Assembly: GCA_030704615.1 (NCBI GenBank)
Contig: CM060734.1
Coordinates: 9,610,001-9,674,000, forward strand
Direction: 5' to 3'
Origin: Takakia lepidozioides
Lineage: Eukaryota > Plantae > Bryophyta
Length of the DNA stretch: 64,000 bases
Part shown: positions 39,526 through 52,370 of the stretch, one piece after another
How positions within the stretch are numbered: the stretch's first letter is position 1
Layout of the letters: each line of letters begins with the position of its first letter
The notes under the pieces: generated by a model
Told to the model about the DNA's origin: nothing
The model's input: the letters and a program-made list of their open reading frames with translations, nothing else
The model's database searches: none
Program-made: the position numbers and the translations under genes

Positions 39526-39959
39526 AGATGCATATTGAATTATGTAAGTTAGCTCGTTGCTCATTGATAAGTAGGGTTGGGGGTGTTTGCAGGAATGATT
39601 GATGTATGCATGATTTTGTGCAGAGGCATAGATAGCTGAAGGAGCAGGGATAGAGTGTGGAAAAGGGCCAGATTTCAAGCTCTAGATTATCTATGATTCC
39701 CTGTGGAAGGATAGATACAAGAAACCTGCATGGGTAGATGGTCAATTGGAAGCCACAGCAGCAGCGACACAATTGATAAAATCAAGCACTGCTAATGAAG
39801 GCACCTTCTAAAACACATTTCACCCTATTTTCCCCTCTTATCAGAATCGGCCCTAAATTTTCATGTTGAATTCTGCAAGTTAGCTGGTTGAGTGAATCTA
39901 GTTGGAGTGACTTTGACATGATACTGCCAATGTGATAAGAGTATGCATTGAACCCATTG

Positions 39960-40630
39960 GTGGCGGGATATTGGGATATCTCTTGGCCATGTGCCATCGT
40001 CAAAGCTGAAATTGTACTAGTTGTCATTCTGACCACTGCCCTAGTGGATATGTATGCCAAATGTGGGTGCAGCAAGCCTGATGCAAAGGGAGAGTTCGAC
40101 AACATGACTAAATGAGATGTGGTGTTGTGGACTGCCATGATTGTAAGGTGTGTGTAGCATAGGTGTGGGAGTAAGGCTTTGGAAACCTAAGAACAAATGA
40201 TGTGGGAAAGGATGAAGCCAAACCAGGTCATGGTCATTTGTGTTTGTTAATATGCATATGCGAGCCTAGCAGCCCTGGGAAGGGGCCAAGAGGTTCATGG
40301 TGACATCATCAAAGCTGGAATTGTACCTGATGTCATTCTGAACATTCCCCTGGTGTACATGTATGTCAAATGCGAGCCTGGTAGCCCTGGAAAGGACGCA
40401 AAGGTCCATCATCAAATCTGGAATTGTACCACTAGATGTCACTCTAAACACTGCCTTGGTGGATATGTATGTCAAATGCACGCCTGGCAGCCCTGGAAAA
40501 GGGTACAGAGGTCCATGGTGATATTGTCAAAGCTGGTATTGTATCTGATGTGATTCTGAACGTTGCCGTAGTGGACATGTATGCCAAGGTTGCAGGGTGC
40601 AACTACAAGGATACATGGCTGTTTTGATAA
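39960..40630 (+). pseudogene. PLS-class PPR fragments; continue at 51982-52370 beyond the MULE
   Basis: ALVDMYAKCG...FDNMTK*DVVLWTAMI; ALGRGQEVHGDIIKAGIVPDVILN. The right flank resumes FDNMAK*DVV. Confidence 0.85.
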
Positions 40631-41499
40631 CAGGGATGCCTCGGCGTGAGCCTGGTCACGTGAGCGCGTGAGCGCGACTGCGCTCACGCCACGTCACCTT
40701 GCGCAAATGCCACGTCACGGGTCTCAGTCCACGTCATCACACGTGGAGGCCGAGTCACCACGCACCCAGAAAGAAGTGGAGTGTATTCCCGCGGATTGGC
40801 ACCCTTTACCGCGGAAACAAGCTGGACGACATAATAAAAGGCATTGAATAAATGATGGATGAATGTACAGTTGGATGATAAACAGATGGATGAGTTTGAA
40901 AAATCTATGTAGATGGATGAATGACGGATGGATAAGAGTAAAATGGATGAATGTATAATGGATGTTGAGCAATGACAAAAATTCATGACAGGAAGATGCA
41001 TGACCAAATCTTTGACGAATGCACAAAGTATATGAAATGAGTGTGGAAGGTTTGTGGGGTGGATTAAAGAGTACAGAGGATGAATGTACAATGGATGTTG
41101 TACAAAGGAAGCTTTCATGAATGGAGCACGCATGAATACAGTGTAGATGAATGCACAATGGATATGAGAAGAGTCAGGAAGGTTTGTGAGATGGATTCAT
41201 ACATATAGCAATTTAAACGAAAGTTGATTCTGTGATTATTATTTGTTCTAAAGGAACAACTACGGTAGAGTAAGGGGATTCAACGTTTCCAGATAATATG
41301 AAAATGAATATTAAAAGAATACAGTTCAGTCTGACTCAGAGTCAGTACAATGTATCCCCTCTTCCTCTGCATCTAAGTCTAAGTATTTTAGAACACCGGA
41401 TCCACGCTGGATACACCTACGGCTGGCCACTAAAAAGTCAGGGGATAGGGACTCGGACGCGTGAAGTGCCATTGCTTCGGCATAAACAGGGAGCAGAAA

Positions 41500-44400
41500 A
41501 TTGGAAAGGGGGCTGTCGAAAACAGACTCGCCAGAAATGACTGTATCTCCTGAAGATCCACCGCTGGCTTTCCTGAAAGACAGCCTGAAAAAGTTATTAC
41601 TGTAACTTTGATGTTATCGAGAAATTGAGTATGACTCCCAAAGAGGGTTTAGCACTTACTCACATGAAAAGTCGTTGTCGACCTGCTTATCTTCGGGATC
41701 GTCATCATTTCGAAATTGAATCCGATCAGTCTGTGTGCCTGAAGTGGAGCCAGACAAAAGGGGGAGGAGCACTGTGTTGTAGAGGTCAGAATCACCCTCC
41801 ATACCAAAAAGGCTTCTTCCGCCTGCCTTGCATGCGTGGTAAGTTGCTCCTGCACCAGACAGGAGAACATAAACAGTTTGGAGGAGGGGATTTAAGCAGA
41901 TGAAACTGTTGAAAGGAAACCAATTCGGAAGGGAGAAAACGACCTGTGGACACAGAAAGATCGACACCCGTGCAGAGCGGTGGCTGCATGACTCCAGCAG
42001 TATTTGCATGAATGCTGGTGACTTTTCCTTTGCACCTCTCCAGGGAGTGCCATCTGGTCTCTTCAGAGTCTGACTGGACTGCATGAAGTTGTACAAAATG
42101 TCATCGACATGGGGCTCATAGGGGGGGTTGACGAAACAACCCTGGTCAGAAATCTCAAAGCTGCGGATGGAGGATGGTGTCTTTGATGTGCGAATCCTCC
42201 GCAGGCAGATCGCCTCGAACATCCTCGTCTGCCAAAGATAGCAGGTTAGTGTGGTAAACACAATCTAAAGTGGAAGTGTGTACATCGGCTATTCAGAACT
42301 CTGACACCAAAAAACCATGAATCGTTGATGATCGGTGTCGATCATAAAACATTCTACTAGAGTGGAGCTGCAGAGAAAATTGAAACTCATGATCAAAGCA
42401 TAAGCAGCAAGGCAGACGGCATACCAGCTGACCAGGGAAGGATAACCTTTCACACAGGTAGAGGCCAGTTCACACAATTCCATGAGTGCGCAAAACTTCA
42501 AACCCTGAAGACTTGAGGTGAGGTATGATGCCAATGCCCGACGACTATCATTGTCACATGACTTGAAAAAGCAGAAAGGTCCCTGCATCAGAGAGGAAAT
42601 TGTTACAGAACCCGAAATACCCAACTCCAGTAGTTGTCCTCGAATTTGTTCCACCCTGGCGTCTTGCCCTTTGGAGAAACTTCTGGCACAGCCTGGCCAT
42701 CCGGGATGTCGAGAATGACAATGTCGGCCGCATTAAGTTTTTCTGCACACCGCACACGAAGGTGGGACCTGTGCTCACCTGCAACAGACATGTTTTTTTT
42801 ATAAGAACGATGGCAAGAATGTTTTTCAAAGAACGAGACTGAAATACTGCCAACGAAAACATTCAGAGAAAAAGGAAAAGAAAATGGAAATCTCACCAGA
42901 TTGAGGAATGAGATTATATTGTCCCAGGTAGGGGGATGGCACCCCAGTGTATCCTCTCTTTCGACTCTGCATCATCGAAAGCCAACCCTCATTAACAATT
43001 TTCATCTCTCCTGCTGAATCAGAACGGGAAGGGTGTGGCTTGGCATCGAACACGCACTGAAGAGTGCGGGGGTATATCTTCCAGCAGTAAAGTCCTGCCC
43101 ACTCTCCATCTCCTTTTCATTCTCCTTCCCCTTGTCCTTTTCCTTCTCTTTGGACTTGTTTGTCCTTTGGCTTTGCTGGTGAGATGGCTATGACATCAAC
43201 AGCCTTGTCTTTTGGTTTGCGGCCCGCCTTCTTTCCCTTCTGCGGCGTTCCCTGAGCATCAGGCTCCTTGGCAGCCAAGGTTGCTATGTTTCGGTTATAC
43301 TCTTCGTCAGTCAAAGGCGCCAGCATCTCAGCGTTATTGTTCAAGTATTTCATATGCTGTTCTTGAAAAGGTCGTGTGCTCAGTGTGGCAGTCAAGGTAC
43401 CACCCACAGTCTCTGAAAGTGAGAAGGACTCCAGTCCTTCAATATCCCTGCAGTATACATGGTTGGATCGTTTGCAGGGTCCGACCACATGTCAAGATAG
43501 TCGGGAATTCCGCTCAGGTGATTTCCTTCCATAAGCACATATTCGTGTACCTGAAAAAAAGGAGATGAATCCAACCCACAAAAGCGCTCAGTGAGTGAGT
43601 AAGATGCAAGTAGAACAGAAAGAATAAAACATGATTGAAATGGCTCTGACAACTGCTCCAAGGACCTTTCAGGACCACACTACTGCTCCAGATATGAATG
43701 TCGTCAACGCCATTCAGAACATTCCATTCCATGACACTGTAAATACATCCTAATCCAGGTGAATGCAAATAAGCGATTAGAAATGACACAGACATAGAAG
43801 TGAATGTCGTCAACGACATTCAAGAATGAAGCCAAATTATTACTGAAATGAAGCAAAATCACAGGATGGAAATAAAAAATTTAAGGAAAAAAACTCAATG
43901 CACATTCATAACGAACCTATCACTGAGGACCTCACAAACATCACTGTATGTGAATGGCGTCAACGCCATTCACAAAAATACAAAAAAGAAACCAATTACT
44001 TAGCTCCCCAATCCATGAAAATTGAATTTGTCGTTTTTTGAATAATACAGACACAGCTGTGAATGTCGTCAACGACATTCACTTTGGATTTCTTAAAACA
44101 GAGCTTATCAAGCCTCCATATTCATCGCAAGAGGAAAAAACAATGCAGAACAACTGAATGTCTGCATTGACATTCAGCAAAATGAAGTGATCAACCCTCA
44201 TTGTAACCTCTATGGACATTACAAAAAAATTTAAATAACCTTGAGGACCGCACAACAACTCCGTATGTGAATGTCGTCAACGCCATTCAAGGACATTATC
44301 AATTCTAATCAGGGACAATATAATTGCACCCTTAGATCCTAACCAGGTGAATTCATATACTCGCTTAAGAATGACTCAGACAAAGAAGTGAATGTCGTCA

Positions 44401-46298
44401 ACGACATTCAATCTGGATCTAAGATTGCAATCCATATGAAGCCACAATTTTTCCCAAAAAAACAGTAGAGTTTCAAGTATGACATTTCACCTGTACACAA
44501 CTCGCATCATGGCCCACTCTCTCCAACCTGACTGTCAAAGTCGTTGGACCGTAAAATGTTACCATCTTTGGAGAACTCCCGGAAAAAACAGTATCTCCAG
44601 GTGAGACCTCTCCACTTCCTTATGTATGCCTCCAATGACATTTGGGGAGGGGAAACAATCGCAATGTTCAGGTCCTTCAAAGTCTGATCCAGCACAATGA
44701 CGGCGCGCTTTTCGAGCTGCAAATAGTATATTTGTCAGAATTGCAAAAAAGAAAACATCACATACTTGAAGAGAAGAAACAGCATGTTCGAATACACACC
44801 TGACTCCAAAATGTAGCCTTGTGGAGCCAGTTATCAAACACCAAATCACTGATTCCTTCCACCTTTGTGCCAGGCTGTATGGTGCTCTTTGGGAACTGAT
44901 TCAAGTCCTTTACTGTTTGATCTGAGTTCCATATCTCCAGCCACCCTTATTTTTTTTTTGTGGGTCGACCATCGATATGGCCAGCCGGTGCAATTTCTCC
45001 TGCTGCATCTCCGGATGCACATGCTTGTCATAGTGTGTTTTGATCTGCTGAAGGAACTCAGGACCAAGTCCAGGATCTACTATTCTAAGCTGCTTTCCGA
45101 AGGCTGACATCAATTGGTTCTTCGCATCTCAAACTCCTTCTTTATTGCAGCTTCCACACCCTTTGATGTCCTTAGTTCCTCTGGTGTAGTGCGGTAATAT
45201 TCGGATTTTCCTTCTCAGCTGCCTCTGCCAGTTCTTGCTGCATTCATTCAAGTAGTGATTAGCTCCGAAGGGACTCTAAACATGTATTCGAAAAGTAAAC
45301 AGATTACAGACTCGGGCTTACCGCATACATGTACTCCAGAAACGCCTCTCGTGTCAAAGAATACCAAGTGCCTGCAGCTCTTCCTGTTTCGCACTTCTTG
45401 ATGATATTGGGTGGTAGTACTGTCCGAAAATCATCCAGCTTCATCAGACCAATCCTCTGAATTCGGAATAGTGTGTGAACCAAGCTTGTTGTCACATGCG
45501 ATTTCTCTGTCGATCTGCAAAAACATTGGAAACATTGCATTCCTTAACACTGTTTTTTGAGGATCAACAAGACACTACAGAGGGGAATCAAATCTCCTGG
45601 ATGACTTACTTGTTCACGTCGTGCATAGCTGTAAGAAGCCTAGCGATGTCGTTTCCTGGATCCAAAACCATTGCCTCCACAGCAACATGCTTGTCTTTGT
45701 CTTTCGAATGGTGTTTCTGAATGTATCCCATCCATGCCAGCAATCGGTGGTTGCCGTCCCAGACGTAGAACATGTGGTTGCAAAATTGCTGGGTGTTCTT
45801 TCCCATCATGAGGCCCAGCTCGAACTCCTCATTGGCATCTTTCCAGCACTCATCCCAGTTATCACTGATCTCTGGAGAAACTAATGTGCTTTTCCCATTT
45901 ATATCCGTCAGTGACACATAAAAAACTTGTGCACCAAGTCTATATCCATGCACAAAATCACTCTCCAATTTTGTTATGTCATGGGAAAGAGGTGGACGCA
46001 CAACAGGCATTGATATCATCCGGCACAGAGGTATGTCCAGACGCCCTCCAGATACGAGCATGTCCCTTATAACCTCCTGAGAGTTTACCTTCTGGAATGA
46101 CATGAGTTCTTTCACCTTGTCAAGGTAGTGCACTTCGGATTCATCTGCTTCATCTGTATTCTCTGAGCTTTTGCGGACTCGTCCCCATCTCCAGATCCTT
46201 TCCCCTCTGATCCTGTAGGCTTCGACCTCACAGTTTTCTGCACGATGCCATTCAGTTCTGACTAAGATTTGCAAATAGTGAATGGCTGGTAACGACAA
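41500..46298 (-). CDS. Multi-exon accessory gene: ParB/Srx-like domain plus beta-class N6A/N4C DNA methyltransferase-like domain (frameshifts present; first and last exons uncertain)
   Basis: Exon about 46255-45608: IPLCRMISMPVVRP...DITKLESDFVHGY...FYVWDGNHRLLAW. Exon about 42779-42561: AADIVILDIPDG...PGWN. Exons about 42230-41660: PWRGAKEKSPAFMQILLESCS...VDLSVSTG|ATYHACKAGGRSLFGMEGD. GT-AG boundaries visible. Confidence 0.75.
43695..44410. repeat. Array of seven 22-bp palindromes TGAATG(T/G)CGTCAACG(A/C)CATTCA in the large intron
   Basis: Starts at 43695, 43801, 43951, 44060, 44155, 44268 and 44389. Confidence 0.92.
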
Positions 46299-46598
46299 TC
46301 ACTCTGTATCAAGGAAACTCACCATGAATGGTGTGAAAGAATTCAGCACAATCTACACATGCAAAGCCGAGACTGCCGTATTCAAAACAAAAGTGAGAGC
46401 GATAGCGAACGGCGTTAACGACAATCACAAAAGATAACAACCTGCCGGATCGGTGTTGTGTAATGACATATATGTGCAACTGATTGGCGGCAACGACATT
46501 CAGTGTAGTTTAGGGAGAATAGTAAGTGCAGACTCTCTCTTCAAACACATAGGTACATAAATCTCATGAGCAGAATCGAATGGCGTTAACGACGCTCC
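46279..46598. repeat. Second cluster of four degenerate copies of the same palindrome
   Basis: Starts at 46279, 46406, 46481 and 46577 (e.g. TGATTGGCGGCAACGACATTCA); a weaker remnant near 46325. Confidence 0.75.
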
Positions 46599-47833
46599 GC
46601 GATTCAGTAGTTCCGTGCTAAAGAATGGAAGAGGAAGGACTCCTTGAAAGGCAATCACATAGACTATATGATAAAAACTTACTGGCACCTTCTTAGGTTT
46701 TGAACTTTGATCCCTTCTCTGCAGCTTTCCTCTTCCCTCTCACATCTGTTGGAGTTTCTGTCTGCGCAAGGGTTTCTTGACCTTCGTCAGGTTCGGCATT
46801 CCGTGTGCTTTCCACCTTCTTCAGTGTCCCTGCGATTCATCTCTGCCTCCACAGGCTGGCGCACTCTTATCGCCGGCTGTGGCAGCCGTGCCTCCTCTCA
46901 GTCTCCGTCTGCTCTTGTGAATCAGTCTCCGCGTTCACTGCTGCCTTGGCCCTGTGTTCTCCAACAAACGACGCCTCGTCATTTTCTCTCTTGCTCTGCG
47001 TCTCTCTCTAAGGGAAGTAAAATAAAGAGACTTTCTTCTCTTTCGTATTCTAGAAGGAACCCTCTCCAGCTTGACTACCACTCTCCCTCTAAGCGCGAAA
47101 AGTAGAAAAAACGCAGTGACTCCCGATTTCTTGCGGATAACCTGTTTCTTGCGTGTCTCTAGAAGCATCGGATTCCCTCCCGTGAACCGTTACACATAGT
47201 CGTTTCGATATTAGTGCACATGCCAGCAATTGGTGTACAGCTGTTCGTATTCAGTTATGGATGTCTGACGTGTGCCGCCCAAAACAAAACGGCGTGTTCT
47301 AAATTATAACTGGTTCAATATTTAAAAAGAACAGCGAATCCCAGAAATTGATGCGCAGTCTTAAACATAAATATAAATGAACGAGAGTTTGATGACAAAA
47401 TTTTGGAATATCATACACGGTCATCCTTGTTATCCAAACCCCACATTCGTTGCACACATTTGGAACTTTCCAGGTGCGCATGATCATTGGTAGTAGTATA
47501 TAGATACATTTACTTAATCTGCAATCCCATCTCGGATCCTGTGGCATGCTTCCAGGAAGTCGGCTTTGTTATTGGGTTTATTGATGAGGTTCTGATTAAC
47601 GTTTAACAGTTGCCGACACTGCCCCTATGGATTCTCTGACCACTGGTCCCACAAGAAAAGTAATTAAAATGGACGGCTGCATATCTGGAATGAATAACAG
47701 ATATGCACAGTCGTTATCTGAGCTTCCTCCGCCATATGCTCTGCTCATTCTTCAACTGTGTTCTGGAGACAGCAGTAAACCGATTTACACTAGATCTGCG
47801 ATAGCAAGGTACAAACATAGTCGAGGAAGGAAG

Positions 47834-50800
47834 ATGGCTTCCTCTGAAGCGGAGTTCTTCTCAGACGACAAACCAGTGCCGTTCTCCCAGGAAGTCCTTG
47901 ACAATGGATTTGCAATTGTTCTGGAACATGTCTTGGCTACCCGTTTTCAGCTGCAGAATGGCTCCATCTTTTTGGAGAAAGAGGTTTACGATCTGAAAGG
48001 GAAGTTGGTGAAATATTCTTTCCAAAACCGTGATGAGACGGCTCATATCAGCCAGTGGAGAGTGCGTCCTGGTCGATACAGAGTACTTGGAGAGCCTCGG
48101 CGAAAGTCCCTTGGGTCATATGTGACGCCCGGGACTGCTGCTTCCGGTCGTTGAAGACAAGAGGGAGGTGGTGGTGGTGAAAAAAGAACAGACGTTCCTC
48201 CACTCCAATCGTTGAGCTTTTCGGATTCTTCCGATGATGACATAAGTGAAATTCCAAATCCAGTCCTTCCTACTGTGGTTGCAGAAGCTGATGAAGAAGA
48301 GATTTGTAGTGTCATCCCAAAATTGCGGGCGATGGGAGGAATGGCTGGATTCAAAAGCGAGTTGCGGGGAATTGATTGGGAATCTTTGAAGCAGGTGCCT
48401 GTGAAGTTCTTGCCGGAGACTTTTGATGGCGATATCCTATTCGAGCTGCCTGCCTCCTCCGCGAGTTGGAGGTGTAACAATCATGATGCATGGAATGGAC
48501 AAGAAACACGACGGGCACCCGTGGTGCAGAACAAAAACATCCAATATTCAGAATGATGACAAGCTTGTTTTCAGGAGGACAGTTTGCAATGGACACCTTA
48601 GGTGTGATAATTTGAATTGCAGACACTTTCTTCAGTCTGGAGTTCATAATCAAAGCGAATGGGAGGGTCTGGCAGAGAATCCATTTCAGCCTGGGACTGC
48701 CCTCCACCGGCAAACACTTTCGTCTGCAAATTCTGCAAACTTGTGCCATCCTGCTTGGCGCTCTGCGGAGCAAGAATGTACTATGTTGTCCACCGTTTGA
48801 ATACAATGACGAGAGCTTGTGTGCATTTTGGATTCCATAACCATCCTGTCTCGAAGGGGGATTACAGGGAGAGTGTTGAGACAGTATCGAGGTTGATCAA
48901 ACAGGAGTTCGGGAGAAACCCATCCGCAACAACATCTGCAATTGCTCTTGGCGCAAGCAAGTCCTTCTTGGAAAGCCATATTTTGAGTGAAGGAGATTCT
49001 GTGGGGACTAAACTTGACGGTGCAGCATTGGACCTGGTCATGGATCATTTCTCCACTTTAAGTTCACCTAACATTCGGCATCAGATCATTGAGAATGGGC
49101 TCTGGGATCAGAGGCTACATAGACAATATTTTGGAATTGAAACGACTGAGCAAGTACGATTACATCCAGGACAATGTATTCCCAGGTCAAGGTGCCATCA
49201 AAGTTTTTCTTTTCAAAATGTCGACTGTTGGGGAGGGCAGTGGGGTTAGCCTCGTGAAGCGGATGCAGAATGGGGGGACTTGCAGAACTGTTTTCTTATG
49301 TTTGATCATGTGAAACGAGTGAAGGATTGGACGACAATGGCTTGTCATGTCTACGATCCAGTGTACCAACGAGTTATGACAATTGCAGTTTGTGACATGC
49401 AATCCGAGGATACGGAATCCCAGAAGCTCATGTGGAATTCCCTGATACGTGTCATGGGCTGCCATGGGCTGCCATCTCCAAATTTCGCAGGTTTCATGGC
49501 GGATAGTGCTCAAGCAAATTCAAATGCTATTCGTATTGTCTTCGGATCGGCGACCCAAAAGTGCCTATGCCAGGAAGAGAGCGTACATGTCTATTCCATT
49601 GGACACAATCTCTGGAAAAACATACAAAGTCGGACATCAAACCAGAGATGCAGACTCAGCACCGTAAATTGTGCAAAGAGTACAAAGATGCTAGAACAAT
49701 GAAGGAGGCGGACACTTTGTTCCAGACAATTCGTGCCTGGTGGTTCTCTTCTGGAGCTGCATCACTTGAGAGTATGAGAGCATTGGAAGATTGGCTGGCG
49801 TTTTGGCACTTCCGGTATAGACAGTGGGGAGCAGCCATGACAATGGTACGAGGCTTCTATTTCATGCTTTATTCATACATTTGCTTTCCATATTTTTGTT
49901 GCTTTCTTTATGTTGTTTCCTGTGCACTATTCTGAAGTGTGGTTATCCTCTTTGCAGAACATGTCCATTGAGGAAATGGCGACATGCCATCTTGCAATTT
50001 GGCAGAAACTGTGCACAATGCATGGTTGCAGCAGTCTGGGAAACGAGGTCGGGATTTGTATGTGGCAACAACAGATGATTTGATACGTGCCTTGCAACAA
50101 CAAACCGATACGTGATTTCTTACGAGGTGGGGTTGGTGGCAAGGGTCCGGACAAATCGGAGTTGATGTTGCGTGCTGCAAACAGATCTGGGGATCCAATC
50201 AAGATAGCACGGGCGGTGAGCATGTATGCCCAGGGAACGCCACTTGTTTCTAGAGTTCCACATCTTGAAGGGGAGGAGAGATTCGGCTCCTGTAAGAGGA
50301 AATTGAACACTCCACCTGGTTCGGATTCAGATTCCCACAGGGCAGACCGTGATAACTTCTCGAAGCCTCGTGTTCCCCTGCATGACAGCTCCGTGTCCGG
50401 AACCATTGTGGAGGAACCTCCAACACGACGGCAAGCTCCAGCATCAAACCGTGCCACTGAAATGGTGCAGGAGAGAAACAACCCCTTGATGTGCTTGAGT
50501 CCGCATGCCCCGACCACGTTTGGCACATAGAACGCACAAGTGTCGGGTCTCGTGTGAAATGTACAGCGATCAGGGCAACTAATTTCGAGAAGTGCACTTC
50601 ATCTATATCCAGAGGTGGTGCCCGAACTCCTGCTCCGACTTTCACGGGCTTGATGCGTCCATACGGTCAACCAGAAGCCAAGAACCACAAGTTCTGGTTC
50701 TGCGCAGATGATTGTGCCAGATGTGTGCATGGAACTGTGCGTCCTTCCGTAGTGATGAAGCCATCTCCTCCAACCGTTTGGCCCGTGAAGGTGGGAACAC

Positions 50801-51329
50801 ATCTCAGCTTTCAGGAGATTGAAATGCTGGAGGAGGCAGGTTTTTCCCTTGAGACAACCCCAACTCCATGCATGTGCTACTACTCCTGCGTCCTCCCGGG
50901 TCCCCCCGGCAAATCCTGACTTGTGGCCAACCAAACGAGATGGAAAGCTCGTTCGGCGTTTCCCTCCAACCGCTGAACACTTTGGCAAAGTGGAGTCCGC
51001 AAGAATGCTCCAAGCTCGTGTTGGAAGCACCACGGAAGTACCCGATCCAGGATATGGTCGGGTATTCACATCATCACTTCCACATCTGCTGTTCATGACA
51101 GACCTACGACATCACGGTTTCCAATTTCCCCAATTGCACATGTCCTGATTTTGTGAATATGCTATCCAGTTTGGGCAAGAGAGGTAAATTCATACCCTGC
51201 AAACATTTGTATTTCATATTTTTGAGGAGGATGGTTTGCGATCCCAAACGTGACAACTTCATTCACCAGGCCACTATGAGTTTCAACGAGGTCGATACTC
51301 TTTTGCAGCGGGATACAACACATGGGTAG
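47834..51329 (+). CDS. Mutator-type DDE transposase with N-terminal Cys/His Zn-finger region and C-terminal SWIM; intron 49846-49957; many frameshifts
   Basis: CNGHLRCDNLNC and CKFC...CGARMYYV...CVHFGFHNHP (WRKY/GCM1-like); FDHVK (D1), FMADSAQA (D2), CLFHW (CxxH), NLAETVHNAW (E); SWIM CTCPDF...PCKH. Confidence 0.85.
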
Positions 51330-52370
51330 CATGAACTATGTAATGTGGTATGTGGATGACCATGATTTGAAATGTGTAATTCACATCAATTCGTCGGCTG
51401 TGCAATGATATGGCCTCCAACTATACGGAGTGAGGTCTGAGTGACAACTTTTAGGTAGTGCACATTTGTCATTGCACCGTTCGAAGTCTACATGTCTTGC
51501 TGTCGCTATGCACTACAATCATCTTTTGAAGATGATCATAACTCTCATTGTTATTTGAGGAGGGAGGAAGTCTTCTCGTGGCAGCCTTTATGGCGCACAC
51601 TTTGTGAGGATATTTTTGTCGTCTTCGTAATTGTAAAAGTGAAACAAACATTTGTAATTGCACAATGTTGGATGCTGCAATTGTAGGCCTCAACGCTCGT
51701 CTTGATTCTATTTAGGCAAGATTCCCTGCATTAATTCCACGGTCATAGGACCATCCACGGTTATAGGCGGCGCATGTTTAATGCTGACGTGGCAGTTGAC
51801 GGACAGTGCCACGTCATCATTTACCGCCACATCAGCATGCTGACATGACGCTCACGCCACGTCAGCATGTGTGCAGGCTCACGCCACGTCAGCTGGCGTG
51901 AGCGTACGCTCACGCCACGTCACTCCTGCGTGAGCGTACGCTCGCGCGCTCACGTGCAACGCTCACGCCATTGCGTCGTTGTTTTGATAATATGGCTAAA
52001 TGAGATGTGGTACCAGCCTAGCCCATAATTGCACTTAACTAGAGTACGCAATGAGTGAAGACGGGGTTTGTGATGACATCGTCCAAGCTGGAATTAAACA
52101 AATGTTGTTCTGAACTATGCCCTTGTGGACTTGTATGCCAAATTGGGGTGCATGGAGGATGATGATCCTAGGATATGCACAACAGCGGCGCGGGATGGAG
52201 GCCCTTTGGAGAGGTCTATGAGCAAGTGGTGTGGGAAGGGATACTGCAGCGCAACCACATCGCGTTTGTTACGTTTGCAACATGTGTGCAAGCCTGGCAG
52301 CCCTGCAAAATATAAAGAGGTTCGTGGTAACATCGTCCAAGCTGGAATTGTACTAGATGTCAATCTGAAC

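Larger units (their letters stand above)
40631..51981. mobile_element. Mutator-like (MULE) DNA transposon, 11.35 kb, with two divergent genes
   Basis: Imperfect TIRs CAGGGATGCCTCGGCGTGAGCCTGGTCACGTGAGCGCG / reverse complement CAACGACGCAATGGCGTGAGCGTTGCACGTGAGCGCG; 9-bp TSD TTTTGATAA (40622-40630, 51982-51990); interrupts a PPR motif. Confidence 0.9.

Noticed and set aside
43695-44410. CRISPR array
   Set aside because: Spacers are about 73-128 bp, uneven and partly duplicates of each other; no cas genes; the array sits in a eukaryotic intron.
24002-46298. Bacterial contamination or a restriction-modification system as the source of the MTases and ParB
   Set aside because: The C5-MTase is embedded in Gypsy pol and the ParB-MTase gene has spliceosomal introns. 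Both lie in TSD-bounded eukaryotic TEs and no restriction enzyme partner is present.
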